Shown here: one piece after another, positions 11,829 through 30,607 of the stretch
Position numbering within the stretch: the stretch's first letter is position 1
Layout of the letters: each line of letters begins with the position of its first letter
Assembly: GCA_964035545.1 (NCBI GenBank)
Contig: OZ037772.1
Span: 1,550,001-1,614,000, forward strand
Direction: 5' to 3'
Length of the DNA stretch: 64,000 bases
Origin: Bugula neritina
Lineage: Eukaryota; Animalia; Bryozoa
Notes under the pieces: generated by a model
Databases searched by the model: none
Told to the model about the DNA's origin: nothing
The model's input: only the letters and a program-made list of their open reading frames with translations
Position numbers and translations under genes: made by a program

Positions 11829-14605
11829 GAGCACCTGTCCCAAACTCCATCTCCACAAAGTCGTCAGCCACAATAGGTATTCTCCTGTCAGCAAAAGGAT
11901 GTCTCACAAATTTCCCGTGTAGGTGTTTGTATCGGCCGTCTTCAGGGTGGACAGCCACGGCAGTGTCACCTACAATAGTTACCAGACTTTATAGTCTCTC
12001 ACAGTATTGAGTATTGATATACAATTATATATTTACTGAGTGTTTACCAGATCCAACTTCACAGTCACTATACTCATAGTACACAACTCCCAGTAAGTTA
12101 GTACCAAGCTAATTAACCACTAACCTCCTATTCACACTTACCGTATCGTACGCCGTAACAGCAAATATCATTTTTTTTCCAAATGTCTGAGCTTCCTGTA
12201 CGGTGTGGCGGTACGGTAGGATCAAGCACTGCTTGATTCAAATAAGTTGCGGCGGACTCCTATTGGACAGAAAAACTTTTGCGTTAATTCATTGGATATA
12301 AATGTCCAATGTAGCGTCATAGATCGTACCTAATAGCGGACTTTGAAAACTTCAACCCGCACCTTAAACCAAAATGGAATAATAAAATTAAAGAACTTAG
12401 GCTATCTCAAGTTCTCCACTACTGCTCCTAAGTGAGAAAGTGAGAATAGTTAGAGAGATCCACTGGAGTTACTTCAACTGGCAGCAAGAGTCAGCCATTA
12501 TTACGTTGCTTAGCAACAAAGCTATTAGTGACATTGATGTCTACTAACCCAACATAGTTTCTAATCTAGTTGTGGCCACAATAATCGCTTCGTCAGAGTC
12601 TTCTACTTTATATGCAAAGGAAAGGAGAACTCCAAACTCCACCTTCTCCTTGTAGCCCGGCACAGAGAGCATAGTCCTTCCTGTCAACTCTACTTTGTCT
12701 ACCTGCAATCAGTGATACAACTCTCTCAGACTATACAGGTCAAAGGTTAAACTGTAGTGTGTGCCTCTGAGTCACTGCGTTCTCATTCTTTTCTATTAGT
12801 TCATATCATGTATATGAATGCTCGTACGAATGAATATGTGGCTGTGGTCTCATTGATGTATTCATTCGAAGATAGTCATAATGTAATATATCAGGCTGTG
12901 TCTGAATACTACTATTAGGTTAGTTACCACCAACACACAAGTCTCGCAGTGAATAAACAGTTGACGTACACACAGCCGGGAGTCAGACTTATACTGTACA
13001 ATATACCTCAATATCAGAGATGGCAGAGTTGAGAGTACAGGACCAGTTGACCAGTCGGTTAGCTCTGTAGATCACACCTTTCTCGTGCATTCTGATAAAC
13101 GCTTCGTTCACCGCTTTTAAAGATTTCTAATAAACAAGTATATATGAGTCATGTGTCAAGTGTGAGCTGATTGGAGACCAGGCCTCATGATTAACCAATC
13201 ATAGAGAGGATAACACACTGAGTCAGTAAACAGCCGACAAGGCATATAGACTCCACTACTCAAACATAATACATGTATAGAGAGGATAACTCCTCACCTC
13301 ATCCATAGTGAATGTAGTTCTGTCCCAGTCATAAGACCCGCCCACTTTCCTCAACTGATGGTAGATTCTGTCTCCTTTTCAATAGAAATTATATAATAAC
13401 ACTGACCAATCGTTGTGCTGCAAAACTTAGTTATATTAGCAACTTAAATAATGAGACCAATGATAGAGTGTGATGAAGTAAACCTATATTTAACTTTTTG
13501 TATATTCAATTATATATATAATTTTTTATCATATTATCGCTATTATATTATCTTATATCAAACTGTAGCAACTGCACACCAATAAGATAAAATAAAAACT
13601 CAAACCCGAATACTAAGTCGCTATGAAATGCATTTTCGAGATAAAATATTCCCTTACTGGTTCTTCCAGTTCCACACTCGTCTCACAAACTCATCTCGTC
13701 CCAAATCGTGTCGAGTTTTATTCTCTTCTCTAGTGAGTTTTTTCTCGACAACAACTTGAGTGGCTATTCCTGCGTGATCACATCCGGGTACAAACAGTGT
13801 CACCTTCCCATTCATCCGGTGCCTGACAATACAACAGAACTGACACCTGCAGACACCTGACAACACAAGCATATCAGACACCTGTAGATATTCTGGAAAG
13901 GTGCTGAGAGAAATATCTGTGGTTGAAACAACATCAATATAATCGATGAATGACTTATGCCAACCGGTACTTAACACAAATTTTATCAGCATTCAAAAAA
14001 GAATTAACAGGGGGATGTTCATAGCCTGTCTGTGGAATATCTCAAAGTGACTTGGCAAGATGCCGAAATGTCTTGTAGTCACCACCAGAGGAATGGTGTC
14101 TACTGTTACATGCTATAAGCTACATACACAACCAGTTTAGTGACTAGGTAAGTACGGAGTTGTCTCATCTATATGAATGAACATCTCACCACCGAACTAT
14201 CGCATCCTCAACTGCCCCCGTGAGGGCATGTCCTAGGTGAAGAGTCCCGGTCACGTTAGGGGGAGGGATCATGATGATAAACTTCTCTTCAGGTGTGAGT
14301 TTCAGCACGTCTCTACCTGTTACAAAGCAACCAATCACATCTCTCTCGGTTACAAAGTAAAAAGCAACCAATCACAGTACCTGTTACAACGGAGTAACAA
14401 ATCACACCTCTACGTGTTAGAAGTAACCAATCAGACATTATAGACTTTACTATGATGAGAAGTGTACCTTTGAGATTATACTCAGGTTTGAAAAATCCTT
14501 CCTTCTTCCACCAAGAGTATCAGGCAGCTTCCACATAGGACGGGGAGTAAGAATCAGGCATGGGACACGTCGTGTCTAGAATAACAGAAAACTATGAAGT
14601 ATAGG

Positions 14606-14798
14606 GGAGCAGCTGTGGTCTAGGGGTTAGAGCATTTGTCTAGTGAACACGAAGCCATTGTTTGACAAAGGCCATTGTGATGTTAGAAAGAGCATCTAGT
14701 CATAATTGCTCCTGCGCCACATCTAAATAAGTCCTTAGCCTGTTTTAACAAAAATGCTTTCCACCAGGAGTCTCTCACATGGATGGTGACTATACACT
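14606..14798 (+). mobile_element. tRNA-derived SINE, degenerate copy
   Basis: Colinear with 38770-38970 (ggagcagctgtgg...tagtcataattgctc...gtgactatacact); B box damaged. Confidence 0.7.
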
Positions 14799-17197
14799 GA
14801 TATCTAGATATACTAAGTTGAGATTTGTCTTCTACTGGTCCATACAGTTCAAATATGATAAACACATGTATAAATACAATAATCTATTCACGGCCCATAG
14901 TCTAACCACCAAAAAGGACGAATAAATAAGACTGTGGCCTGACACTACTACTACAACTTATATAACTTATACACAGCAGACTGTTAGGAGTATTTGAATC
15001 TGAGGCTATCCAATGTATGAGTAGGGCAGCCCAAAATGTAGGATATTGGAATACCATGTCTTATTACTTCAGTCTAAAGCAGTTTTTATACCTTCACGAT
15101 TTTCAGTCAGAAATTCAATTTTGATGAGTTGCATTTCATTGTAAAAGCCAATCATCAAAATTTTTGCTTTGTGCATGCTTAATCAAATAATTTTAGAGTA
15201 ACAATCAAAGGGAATGATAACTCCTTTAGATATGGGGTATTCATGTTTATAATTACATCGGCTGTCTTTTTCAATTATCACTTTTATGCTGTCAACTTAA
15301 TTTATTACGTTTTCAAAAGGCATCAAATAGTGATTAAGCGAGTAATATTTGAGTATTACAGAGTGAGCTTCCTTATCAATATGATTTCAACAATTTTAAG
15401 TAAGACTATAGAGGGGCGGGAAACACTGAACTCCTTTCAGTAAAGATAGAAACGCAACTTCAGTTCAAACTGCTTACACACACATAACTGTGTGTTCACT
15501 ACCGAGCAGTGTACACTGATAAATCAGTGCTTCAACTAAAACAGTAAGTAAAAGAATGAAGAGCTCAATTGAGTATAAAATGTAGAGAATAATTGAACTG
15601 AACCTTTCTTATGGCCAACTGGTGTGTCCACGTTATAGGTTACTGCAGCCTTCTCCTTCTTCTCTTTCACTTTTTTCTAGAAAAAAAAAATCAAATTTGA
15701 AGAAAATAAAATGGAAATTGTTAGCTACAGATACAGACAACTTGCAGGTAAAAGTACAGCCATACAGTCGCAATACGAATATGTAATTCAAGTAACACTT
15801 TCATGTAGAAGTATAACCATAAATATGAATAGAAAGTAACACAAATATATACATTTAGGAGCAGTAGTGTAGAAATCGAGATAGCCTAGGTTCTTTAATC
15901 TTGTTATCAAATTTTGGTTTGGGGTTCGGGTTGAAATTCTTACAAAAACACAACTTCTTATGCTACATTTCTAATCTAGAACACAGGCTTTCTCAATTTC
16001 TCCATTACTGCACCTACCTTAGTATATATAGAACCTGTAACTAACTAAACAGACACCTCAGTAGTCGTGGCAGACTCTGCCTTCTGTTTAGCCTGCTTAG
16101 CTTGAAACTTGGCTAGTTTAGCAGCTTTAGCAGCTTCTTTTTTTCAACTCTTTCTCAGATTTCACCTTGACCTCGCCAGTTGGCGCATCACCAGGGTTCA
16201 CTTCCGACGTGTCCGTTTATTGTGAGACTTTCCTTAAAACACAATCAGCCGGCATGGAACTAATAGATATCTCAATACTAAACATACAAACTACTGACCC
16301 AGTATAGTTATAGACAGATATCCTAATACTAATAATATAAACTAATGGCTCAGTATTGCCTTAGTTATGCGTGGGAGTTCAGTGATAAAACTCCTATAAA
16401 CGACACAGTTCAATAATGAAAGACTGTGACTTTTCACAAACAGACATCTCATCTCTGATTCTAATGGATAATCACGAAATTTTCAGACAAACGATACTGC
16501 ATTTCAACTTTGTGACTATCACATGATAATAATCATTGTCATTTGAAAGATTCTGCTAAAATCGAAATGCCAATGTTAATCACAAGGTCAACCATAAATG
16601 ACTCAGTCTGATGACTGACGGTTATGCTTAATGATTAATTAGTAATATGAATAGATTGCAAGTGATCAGCATGATGATGGTGATGATTGCTTTTCACCAT
16701 CAAAGGTCAAACTTTGTAATTGCAGCTTGAAATGTAAAATTAAATAATATTACTTTTATTTAATTATACAAGTATAACTTACTATCATAACAACATTCAA
16801 CTTTATGTAGTCATTATGAACATGATAACGGTTTACCTTTTACTTTAGGTGATAATTATACTATTCACGATTATCTTTATGTCTACCATTATGATTATCT
16901 CAACTTTAACTTATCAATTACGATAATTAACCATTTGTTTTTAATGATAAAAACTTAAATCATTGAATGAACATTAAAAATGATTTATTTTCACACTTTT
17001 ATTATCATAACTATGAAATTAATATTAATAGGCATATTTGATTTTTAGATTACAATAATAATTATCAAATTATGGTATAGAATTAAATAATTATTATAGT
17101 TAATATCATTATAAATATAATTAATATAATTGTATTTATTGAAACTAAAATAGTAAGGTAAACTAAATGAATTATCGACATGAGTATGAGTATGAGT

Positions 17198-17712
17198 AGG
17201 CCACAACTAGAAGGTGCAGCAGCAATTTGGGATCCCCGTTTGCAATACCTCATCAAAGATATAGAACAGGTGCAAAATAATGCAACCAGATTCATTGCTA
17301 AATTGAAAGGCAGAGACAGTATCACTGTGGCACGTGACAAACTAAACCTAGAATCTCTCCCCGACAGACGCTTCAAGCTGAGGCACAAGTTACTGTTGCG
17401 ACTTCTATCTAATGAGGGAAATCAGGCATCTCTAACCAACTCCTATGAACTGATGAACAGTAAAACCTAAAATACTAGGTTTACTAAGGCATCAAGCAGG
17501 GACGATCCCCCAACCATTTTTGCAAAATCAGCAGCCTACTACAGCAGCTTCTTTCCAAAAACAGCCCGAGAGCTTAAGTCTATGCTAAATAATTAGTCAA
17601 TACACCAGAGTTGTATATGCGCAACATACTGAAAATACTTGCTAGCTTGTAATCGGCAACTGTAGAGGTGTGCCTCTTGCTACATGCTTAAATGCGTGTA
17701 AGAGGTAAGAGG
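17198..17712 (+). mobile_element. 5'-truncated LINE (CR1/L2-like), RT C-terminal fragment and 3' tail
   Basis: RPQLEGAAAIWDP...IEQVQNNATRFI...LNLESLPDRR matches the post-RT C-terminal motif of CR1/L2-group ORF2; short repeated tail gtaagag. Confidence 0.8.
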
Positions 17713-18334
17713 ACTATCAATATGACTATCAATATTCGTAGGAGTACCCAAGTACCAGTAGACATAGTAGCTGTAGAAAGTCTATCCCAATCAGTAACTG
17801 TAAGCCGTGAGGGCTGAGACTATCACTAAGAATAAAAAAAACTATAACTTGAGTAGAACTAATTGAAGGTGAGTTAACATAAATTACAAAATAATAAATA
17901 TAATTACTACAAAATCAAAATGAAATATCAATATGCATTATAAATATTTATATTTTATAAAAATTTTTAAATTTATTTTATCATTTTATTTAGGTTCATC
18001 ATCTTTCATTATGATTAATGAAATTCATAAATCATATTCATAACGATAATGATAATCACTTAAAAAAATGAAAAGTGATAAACCCATAATTATTAATTAT
18101 TATTATCATTTATCGCTTATCGCTTACAACTTGCTTATGCAAGAGAATTAAATCTTTAAAGCGTAGCATCCTTTTCAAGCAAAATAAGGATAATAAGTTT
18201 CGTCAAATTGAGTTAAAAACTACAACTTATAAGTCACAAGTATAAAGCAACTTATGCTCAGTCATCACTAATCCTAGTGGGTACGGCAAGCATATAGCAT
18301 AATTTATTTCACAATGCGACAAGATTATCTAGAC

Positions 18335-20033
18335 CAGGGCTGTCCAACAGGCGGCCCGCGGGCCGGACCCGGCCCCCCAGCTATATTTGTGTGGCCCCCC
18401 AAGGTATAGCAAGTTACAAATTTTTGTTTATCAAATTTGCTAACTAGCCTGTAACAGCAGCGGATAGGATAGTTGAGAGCATCTCACTAAGAATTTCTAT
18501 TAAAATGTAGTTTAAGTTCTTGAACAATATTGTTCTGTGGGTGGCATGCGTGTTGCCTACTTGACATTGTTTAGCCTGAGATCAAACTACAACCAATAAA
18601 AGCAAACTAATCATTATAGCCTGCTGGCTAGCAAGCCTATAACTAGTAATGTAGACGCCTATATTATTATATACTCATCTCTAAGCGTTCACTGAAGTGT
18701 GAAGTGAAGCACAGTGCTACCATATACCGCTTCCAGTGTATAAATCCATAAATTATATAAAATCCAAAGTCATTCTTTTTTTATTCAGATATCATGTTTT
18801 CCTGCTAAGATATTTTACTGGTACTAAAAATCAAAATTCCGGGCAAATCAGCCGAAAATGTGCAGTTTTTTTTATAACTTTGCAAAAGAATGAAAAAGTT
18901 CCAAAAAAGTTGCACTGGGAAAAAAATAAGATTCACACCATAGTTTTTAAATTTTGATTCCAGTAGCCTACAATTAAATGAGATTTTTTTTACTGGTTTA
19001 CTGAATTTTTACACAGTTACAATACAAACCTGAGCAAGGCAGTTGCAGCTAAAAAGTTGCCCTCAGTTATCCTGTGCAGACAGATATTTCAAAGACATTT
19101 AATCAGGACTGGCCATATATAGAGACAAGACTTTTTTGAAAGTTTAACTAAGATCTCATTTTTATTGATTGTATTGTGAAAGATAAGTAGTTGAAGAATC
19201 CCTGACACACTTCACTTATGCAGTACTAAAATATTATTATGTATATGTTAGTTTTCATTTACATACTATTTTAAGGTTAGATGCCGAAACAATTTTGTTT
19301 TATAATGAATTTTGTGCGAGTATGTACTGAAATGATTTGGGATTTGTGATCGCCTTGACCTTTGACTGCTTGTTAGATGCTGCACTGCACAATTATCACT
19401 GAGATGGCTTGAAGGTTTGAACTTTGAACTTTCAATTTTCAGTCAAATGAGATACACAAAAAGAAATACTACACTTCACTCACTAGTCAGCACTTAGTCC
19501 AGCAACTAAGGGTTATATGTTCTGATACGAAACCAGATATTAACAGAATTGTTCAAGGCAAGCAGTACTCACTGTGTACTCACAAGTTTTTCACTGATGG
19601 TTGTAAAATATAACTATACCGGTATGAGTACAGACTCTTAGCACTGGCACATCTTGTTTAAATTTGCATGTGCAATCATGAATATATACTTTGTATGTAT
19701 ATACGTATAACTTTTTATGCACAAACATAAATGCATATATAATTATTGATTATTAAAGTAATAAAAATGAATGTTTCTTGTTTACTTATTTTAATTAAAT
19801 GCATATATATACACCCACATATACACACATAAATAATATATATTTATTTAAATATGTTATGATTTTAATAAACATGCAAAGCCTAGCCATCGCTCATAAT
19901 TACAATACATATAGCCTGCAGATATTTAATGAATCTTGAAAATTGATTTTAAAAACAGAAAATCTTTTGTGGCCCTCGGCCCAAGCTGAAACTTGCAGAC
20001 TGGCCCTCGGTCTGAAAAGGTTGGACACCCCTG
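18335..20033. mobile_element. Non-autonomous hAT (Charlie-type) DNA transposon, 1.7 kb
   Basis: TIRs CAGGGCTGTCCAAC / GTTGGACACCCCTG; perfect 8-bp TSD ATCTAGAC (18327-18334, 20034-20041); GGCCC subterminal motifs; possible transposase C-terminal relic LRVICSDTKPDINRIVQGKQ at ~19500-19565. Confidence 0.92.
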
Positions 20034-20127
20034 ATCTAGACGGATCGCTTACGCCTCTCATTGTATTTAAGCAATATCCAATTGTACGGTTCTTATGACT
20101 TTAAAATCCGTTTTTGAGAAGCAAGGC

Positions 20128-22203
<2,076 letters not shown>

Positions 22204-22211
22204 AGCAAGGC

Positions 22212-24768
<2,557 letters not shown>

Positions 24769-26124
24769 GCAAGGCTAGATAGAAGTTAATGATCGATATT
24801 GACTCGCTAAGAGTTTTCATGTAAACCCGCAAACTACAACTTTTAACTTGACCGCAAAGCTGGAAGTACGATAAGCGTCGCCGTATTGATTTCAGGCGAA
24901 TTTTAGTTGATTTCTTTCAAACTGCTGAGAAGTAATATTTGCTTCCATTTTATGTCTGTATCAGCCATCAGGGCTATCGCGATACAATTATAAATGTTCT
25001 TAATTCAATCAAAATTATGAAATAAATAATGTAGGAAATTCAATTTTGACTATATAGAATAATCTCAATCTGAATAAGCATTATTTATTTATTGTAACAC
25101 TCGCACTTCGTCTTACTCTTACTCTTAATCAGATAACATAGTGATAGTACAATTACATACTCATACTGATACTCAATCCCATACTCAATCTCATACTGAG
25201 TCTGATACTCATAGTCATAGTGATAGTCTTTGCCAGATTATTGCTAGATAATTTAAGCTAGTACTAGTACTACTACTAGTAGTACTAGTACTAGTAGTAC
25301 CTGTACTACTACTAGTACTAATAATCACAGTACTAAATTACTAATAGTAATAGTATTAGAGTAATACTAATACTAATAGTAATACTACCACTAGTAGTAG
25401 CAGTAGTGCTAGTAGTAGTAGGCTACATGATGATGATCATTATGATTATGATTATGAAGATGGTTATTACTATAACTATTACGGTATGAGTATAACTATA
25501 ACTGTATTAGTATTTGATTTTATTTTGCATTGCTAATTGAAGACCATGCGTTAAAATTAACTGTTTCTCTCTTTTCTAAGTTACATTTCAAGTTGCACAC
25601 TACTAGACATATATGCTTTCAATTTTTTTGGTCTATCTTCAAGTTGTGAAACTTGACCAGTATGACTACGACTAACTGTAACTAGAATAAAATATTGAAT
25701 AATAGAGAAGTTCCATACCGTTACACCTCCTTTGACTTGTGCTACCGTCGGTAGTGCTAAAAGAGTGGAGCCAAAGAAAAGCATAGTCACAGAATTCACA
25801 GCCTGCTGGTTTGAGATTTTTGTGGTCTAGAGATTGTACTGGGTTACAGAGATCTTTTTCCGTCTGTGAATTTTTGATCCCTGCGGTTGTTTCTGACTGT
25901 GAGTAGTTGGAGGTGTTGAGGGAGTGGGCTCACTGGGTAGGCTATATCATTGTAATCATATTAACCAACTTGACAGTTTACTAATTCATTGTCTAACTCT
26001 GTCTGTCTTTGTCTAGTAACACTATTTATTTATTTACTTATTAGTTTATTTATTTGACTAAATCTTGTCTGTCTTGGTCTAGTAACACTATTTATTTATT
26101 TATTTACTTAATAATTTAATTAAA

Positions 26125-26900
26125 TTACTAGTTTATATTACCAAGGTATATTACTAGTTTATGTTACCAAGTTATATCACTATTTTATGTTACCAAGTTA
26201 AATTACTAGTTTATATTACCAAGTTATATTACTAGTTTATATCACCAAGTTATATTACTAGTTTATGTTACCAAGTTATATTACTAGTTTATATTACCAA
26301 GGTATATTACCAGTTTATGTTACCAAGTTATATTACTAGTTTATTTTACCAAGTTATATTACTAGTTTATGTTACCAAGTTAAATTACTAGTTTATATTA
26401 CCAAGTTATATTACTAGTTTATATTACCAAGTTATATTACTAATTTATGTTACCAAGTTTACTAGTTAATGCTACCAAGTTATATTACTAGTTTTTGTTA
26501 CCAAGTTATGTTACTAGTTTTTGTTACCAAGCTATATTACTAGTTTATGTTACCAATTTATATTACTAGTTTATATTACCAAGTTATATTACTAGTTTAT
26601 ATCACCAAGTTATATTACTAGTTTATGTTACCAAGTTATATTACTAGTTTATATTACCAAGTTATATTACTAGTTTACATTACCAAGTTATATTACTAGT
26701 TTATGTTACCAAGTTATATTACTAGTTTATATTACCAAGTTATATTACTAGTTTATATTACCAAGTTATATTACTAGTTTATATCACCAAGTTATATTAC
26801 TAGTTTATATTACCAAGTTATATTACTAGTTTATATTACCATGTTATATTACTAGTTTATATCACCAAGTTAAATTACTAGTTTATATTACCAAGTTATT
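26125..26900. repeat. 26-bp minisatellite (ttactagtttatattaccaagttata)
   Basis: Visible tandem array. Confidence 0.95.
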
Positions 26901-27336
26901 AGACTAGTTATTAGAGTAGTTTATCTCTACATATTTTGTTTGCGATTTTTCAGTAGATACGAGGCATCACACTCGGTGTGATTATCAGCATTTTTTTGTA
27001 GAGATCAAATTTATCAAAAAGAGTTTCATACACTTGTATTTATTTAGACTCGGACTGTGTTGGTGTGTGTGTGGGAGGACTTTGCTCAGACACCTGCAAG
27101 TACGAGCTGTCATGCACACTTGGCGGGACGTGTCAAGGTGGCAGGTGCTTCTATCCGTGTACTGACAACACAGCCTGTCCTAGTGATGGACAGATCTGTC
27201 ACCATGGTGTCTGTAAAGAGGGTTGTCAGGTGAGTCTTTTATGACTAGTCACTATGACTTATACTGAGAGTTATTTATAAACCTTAGACTTTGAGTTATG
27301 ACTACCTACTACTGCGAGACCAAGTAGCTGCTGTAA

Positions 27337-27510
27337 CTTATACTGTGAGTCATGACTTACTGAAATCACTTATACTGTGAGTCATGACTAACTGAAATCA
27401 CTTATACTGTGAGTCATGACTAACTGATAACACTTATACTGTGAGTCATGACTAACTGATAACACTTATACTGTGAGTCATGACTAACTGATAACACTTA
27501 TACTGTGAGT
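27337..27510. repeat. 32-bp minisatellite (cacttatactgtgagtcatgactaactgataa)
   Basis: Visible; shorter version at ~52845-52926. Confidence 0.85.
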
Positions 27511-27767
27511 CAATTATCAAAAATAGCAAAGAAGTAGAGATATGTTGTGTATGTGAGATATGTGAGGTTATTTAGTGACTAGTTCGCTATTTATAGAGTT
27601 TTGTTTCTATTAATAGACTGTACTGAAGATGAACAATGTGGATCTGAGTTTACTGAATGCATATCCAACATATGCTATCAGCTTTATCCTCTCAACGATC
27701 CAGATCTTTCTGATACCGAGCAGGACAGACTCTTTGATGATCCGCTGGATCTACAGAATGATGGTAA

Positions 27768-29200
27768 GTTACTATGTTAGTATAGTTACTCTGTTAGTAC
27801 AGTTACTCTGTTAGTACAGTTACTCTGTTAGTATAGTTACTCTGTTAGTATAGTTACTCTGTTAGTATAGTTACTCTGTTAGTATAGTTACTCTGTTAGT
27901 ATAGTTACTCTGTTAGTATAGTTACTCTGTTAGTATAGTTACTCTGTTAGTATAGTTACTCTGTTAGTATAGTTACTCTGTTAGTATAGTTACTCTGTCA
28001 GTATAGTTACTTTGTCAGTATAGTTACTCTGTTAGTATAGTTACTCTGTTAGTATAGTTACTCTGTTAGTATAGTTACTCTGTTAGTATAGTTACTCTGT
28101 TAGTACAGTTACTCTGTTAGTACAGTTACTCTGTTAGTATAGTTACTCTGTCAGTATAGTTACTCTGTTAGTATAGTTACTCTGTTAGTATAGTTACTCT
28201 GTCAGTATAGTTACTCTGTTAGTACAGTTACTCTGTTAGTACAGTTACTCTGTTAGTATAGTTACTCTGTTAGTATAGTTACTCTGTTAGTATAGTTACT
28301 CTGTTAGTATAGTTACTCTGTTAGTATAGTTACTCTGTTAGTATAGTTACTCTGTTAGTATAGTTACTCTGTTAGTATAGTTACTCTGTTAGTACAGTTA
28401 CTCTGTTAGTACAGTTACTCTGTTAGTATAGTTACTCTGTCAGTATAGTTACTCTGTTAGTATAGTTACTCTGTTAGTATAGTTACTCTGTCAGTATAGT
28501 TACTCTGTTAGTACAGTTACTCTGTTAGTACAGTTACTCTGTCAGTATAGTTACTTTGTTAGTATAGTTACTCTGTTAGTATAGTTACTCTGTTAGTATA
28601 GTTACTTTGTTAGTATAGTTACTCTGTTAGTACAGTTACTCTGTCAGTATAGTTACTCTGTCAGTATAGTTACTCTGTCAGTACAGTTACTCTGTTAGTA
28701 CAGTTACTCTGTTAGTACAGTTACTCTGTTAGTACAGTTACTCTGTTAGTATAGTTACTCTGTTAGTATAGTTACTCTGTTAGTATAGTTACTCTGTTAG
28801 TATAGTTACTCTGTTAGTACAGTTACTCTGTTAGTACAGTTACTCTGTTAGTATAGTTACTCTGTCAGTATAGTTACTCTGTTAGTATAGTTACTCTGTT
28901 AGTATAGTTACTCTGTCAGTATAGTTACTCTGTCAGTATAGTTACTCTGTCAGTACAGTTACTCTGTTAGTACAGTTACTCTGTTAGTACAGTTACTCTG
29001 TTAGTACAGTTACTCTGCTAGTACAGTTACTCTGTTAGTATAGTTACTCTGTTAGTACAGTTACTCTGTTAGTATAGTTACTCTGTTAGTATAGTTACTC
29101 TGTTAGTACAGTTACTCTGTTAGTATAGTTACTCTGTTAGTATAGTTACTCTGTTAGTACAGTTACTCTGTTAGTATAGTTACTCTGTTAGTATAGTTAC
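27768..29200. repeat. 17-bp satellite (gttactctgttagtata), ~1.4 kb
   Basis: Visible; starts at the exon donor. Confidence 0.97.
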
Positions 29201-30607
29201 AGTAACAGTTTGCTAGTCATAATAACTTGCACTGTTAGTTGCTTAACTAGTTATTCTACATCTCTTGTAGCCACAACCAAAGTGGTGTCTGTATATCCTG
29301 CTAGTGACTTGAGTAATGACTCATATGTCTCCTACAGTACGAGTGGTCAGCTTGCAGCAGTGTTGGAAGAGAGTGGAGACAACTTGGATCAGAGGTATAG
29401 GTATTGATTAGTATAAGTTATACCATTACCATATATAAGCAGAATGACAGATGAACTGACTGACAGACTGACTGACTGACTGACTGACTGGCTGGCTGAC
29501 TGACTGGTTCCGAGTGTATTACCATCAGTAGTGGAGAGGAAGAAGGTTGTTGGTGTACAGGGGGTACTCACTACTACAACCAAGCTTGTGTACCTGACAT
29601 GACTAGTAAGTGTGTATCTACAGACAAGCAGAGTGACAGATGAACTGACAAACTGGCTGGCTGACTGACTGACTGACTGACTGACTGACTGACAGATAAA
29701 CAGATAGGCAGATAAACAGATAGGTAAATATCGATCACATATATAGCGAAGCTACCAACTGAGACCCAGACTGTGTTTTGATTTAGCATATACTGGTATA
29801 TGATATCTTTCTACAATGTGTTTACAGTTTACTCTACAAAAGATAGTTCCATCAGATGGACTCACTCTACTCACGTGTAAGACTCATCAAGAATGTCTAC
29901 CCAATCAGATCTGTGTTAACGAGGTGTGCACACTGACGTGTAAAAGTGACTCTGAGTGTACATTCAACCAGGTTAGATACTGCATACATGTCTCTATCAT
30001 AGCAGGTATTTCACAAACTATTCTGAAACCCATACTTTTATTGTTCATTGTCTATGTATTCTCCACCATGTTTTTACTAGAAGTAAACTTTATTTTAGTA
30101 ATAAGTTTAAAATAAATTATTGTTTCGCATTGTACAGTTTATTATTGCCTGAATCTTGTAATAAGAATATTGACAATATCAGAGCAGCAATGTGATTGGC
30201 TTAACAATACCAGAGCAGGGATTTGATTGGCTTAGCAATATCAGTGCAGCGATGTGATTAGCTTTACAATATCAGAGTAGGGATGCTATTGGCTACTCTG
30301 TTCTGTTCTGCAGGGCTTCAGAGGAAATTGAGGGGAAACGGGATTGCCCTGTGCTGTAGGAGATGCTGGAAAACCCGGACCTTAATGTCCAATGGGAGAG
30401 AGCCGGTCGACTGGGCTCTAGAGATTCCTCGAACCAGTCGGTGCTCCTGGTTATCCTGACCTGCAAGAACCGAGGTTAGTGAATAATATCTTTGTGGGGC
30501 TCACTGCTTGTGTGGGAGTTGTCTCCTCTGAAATATTTGGAAATATCGCTTGAGTTCCTTGCCCTGTATTATCAGTTAGCCACGTCTAGGTGGTTCACAG
30601 TTTATTA

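Larger units (their letters stand above)
7600..16215 (-). pseudogene. VARS1: Valyl-tRNA synthetase (cytosolic type), spliced, 3'-truncated pseudogene; exons ~16215-16057, 15676-15604, 14575-14468, 14316-14190, 13822-13658, 13379-13298, 13126-13007, 12702-12549, 11969-11835, 10552-10460, 9997-9916, 9560-9399, 7705-7600
   Basis: Diagnostic ValRS motifs: [16 protein letters not shown] (HIGH), [81 protein letters not shown]. Lesions: +1 A frameshift at ~16140, TGG>TGA at ~14520 (EAA*YSWW) and ~9955 (KPQ*YV), acceptor AG>TG at ~13380, AVKITPAHD exon not found, nothing beyond ISLSQ (no DVLDTWFSS or KMSKS). Confidence 0.93.
27048..29971 (+). pseudogene. Cys-rich (EB/EGF-like repeat) extracellular-protein exons, copy 1: 27048-27229, 27617-27763, 29271-29394, ~29505-29604, 29828-29971
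   Basis: SDCVGVCVGGLCSDTCKYELSCTLGGTCQGGRCFYPCTDNTACPSDGQICHHGVCKEGCQ; CTEDEQCGSEFTECISNICY; CKTHQECLPNQICVNEVCTLTCKSDSECTFNQ. AG/GT ends, but splice phases do not all match and there is no start exon, so this is a fragment. Confidence 0.7.

Noticed and set aside
14520-14522. TGA at conserved Trp positions in VARS as an alternative genetic code or recoding
   Set aside because: Other Trp codons are TGG, and the gene also has a frameshift, a dead acceptor and a truncation; these are ordinary nonsense mutations
25700-25945. Possible minus-strand exon (LPSEPTPSTPP...)
   Set aside because: No recognisable family, needs a frameshift, no partner exons
27768-29200. CRISPR-like appearance of the regular arrays (also 11348-11828, 26125-26900)
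   Set aside because: No unique spacers and no cas genes; eukaryotic minisatellites
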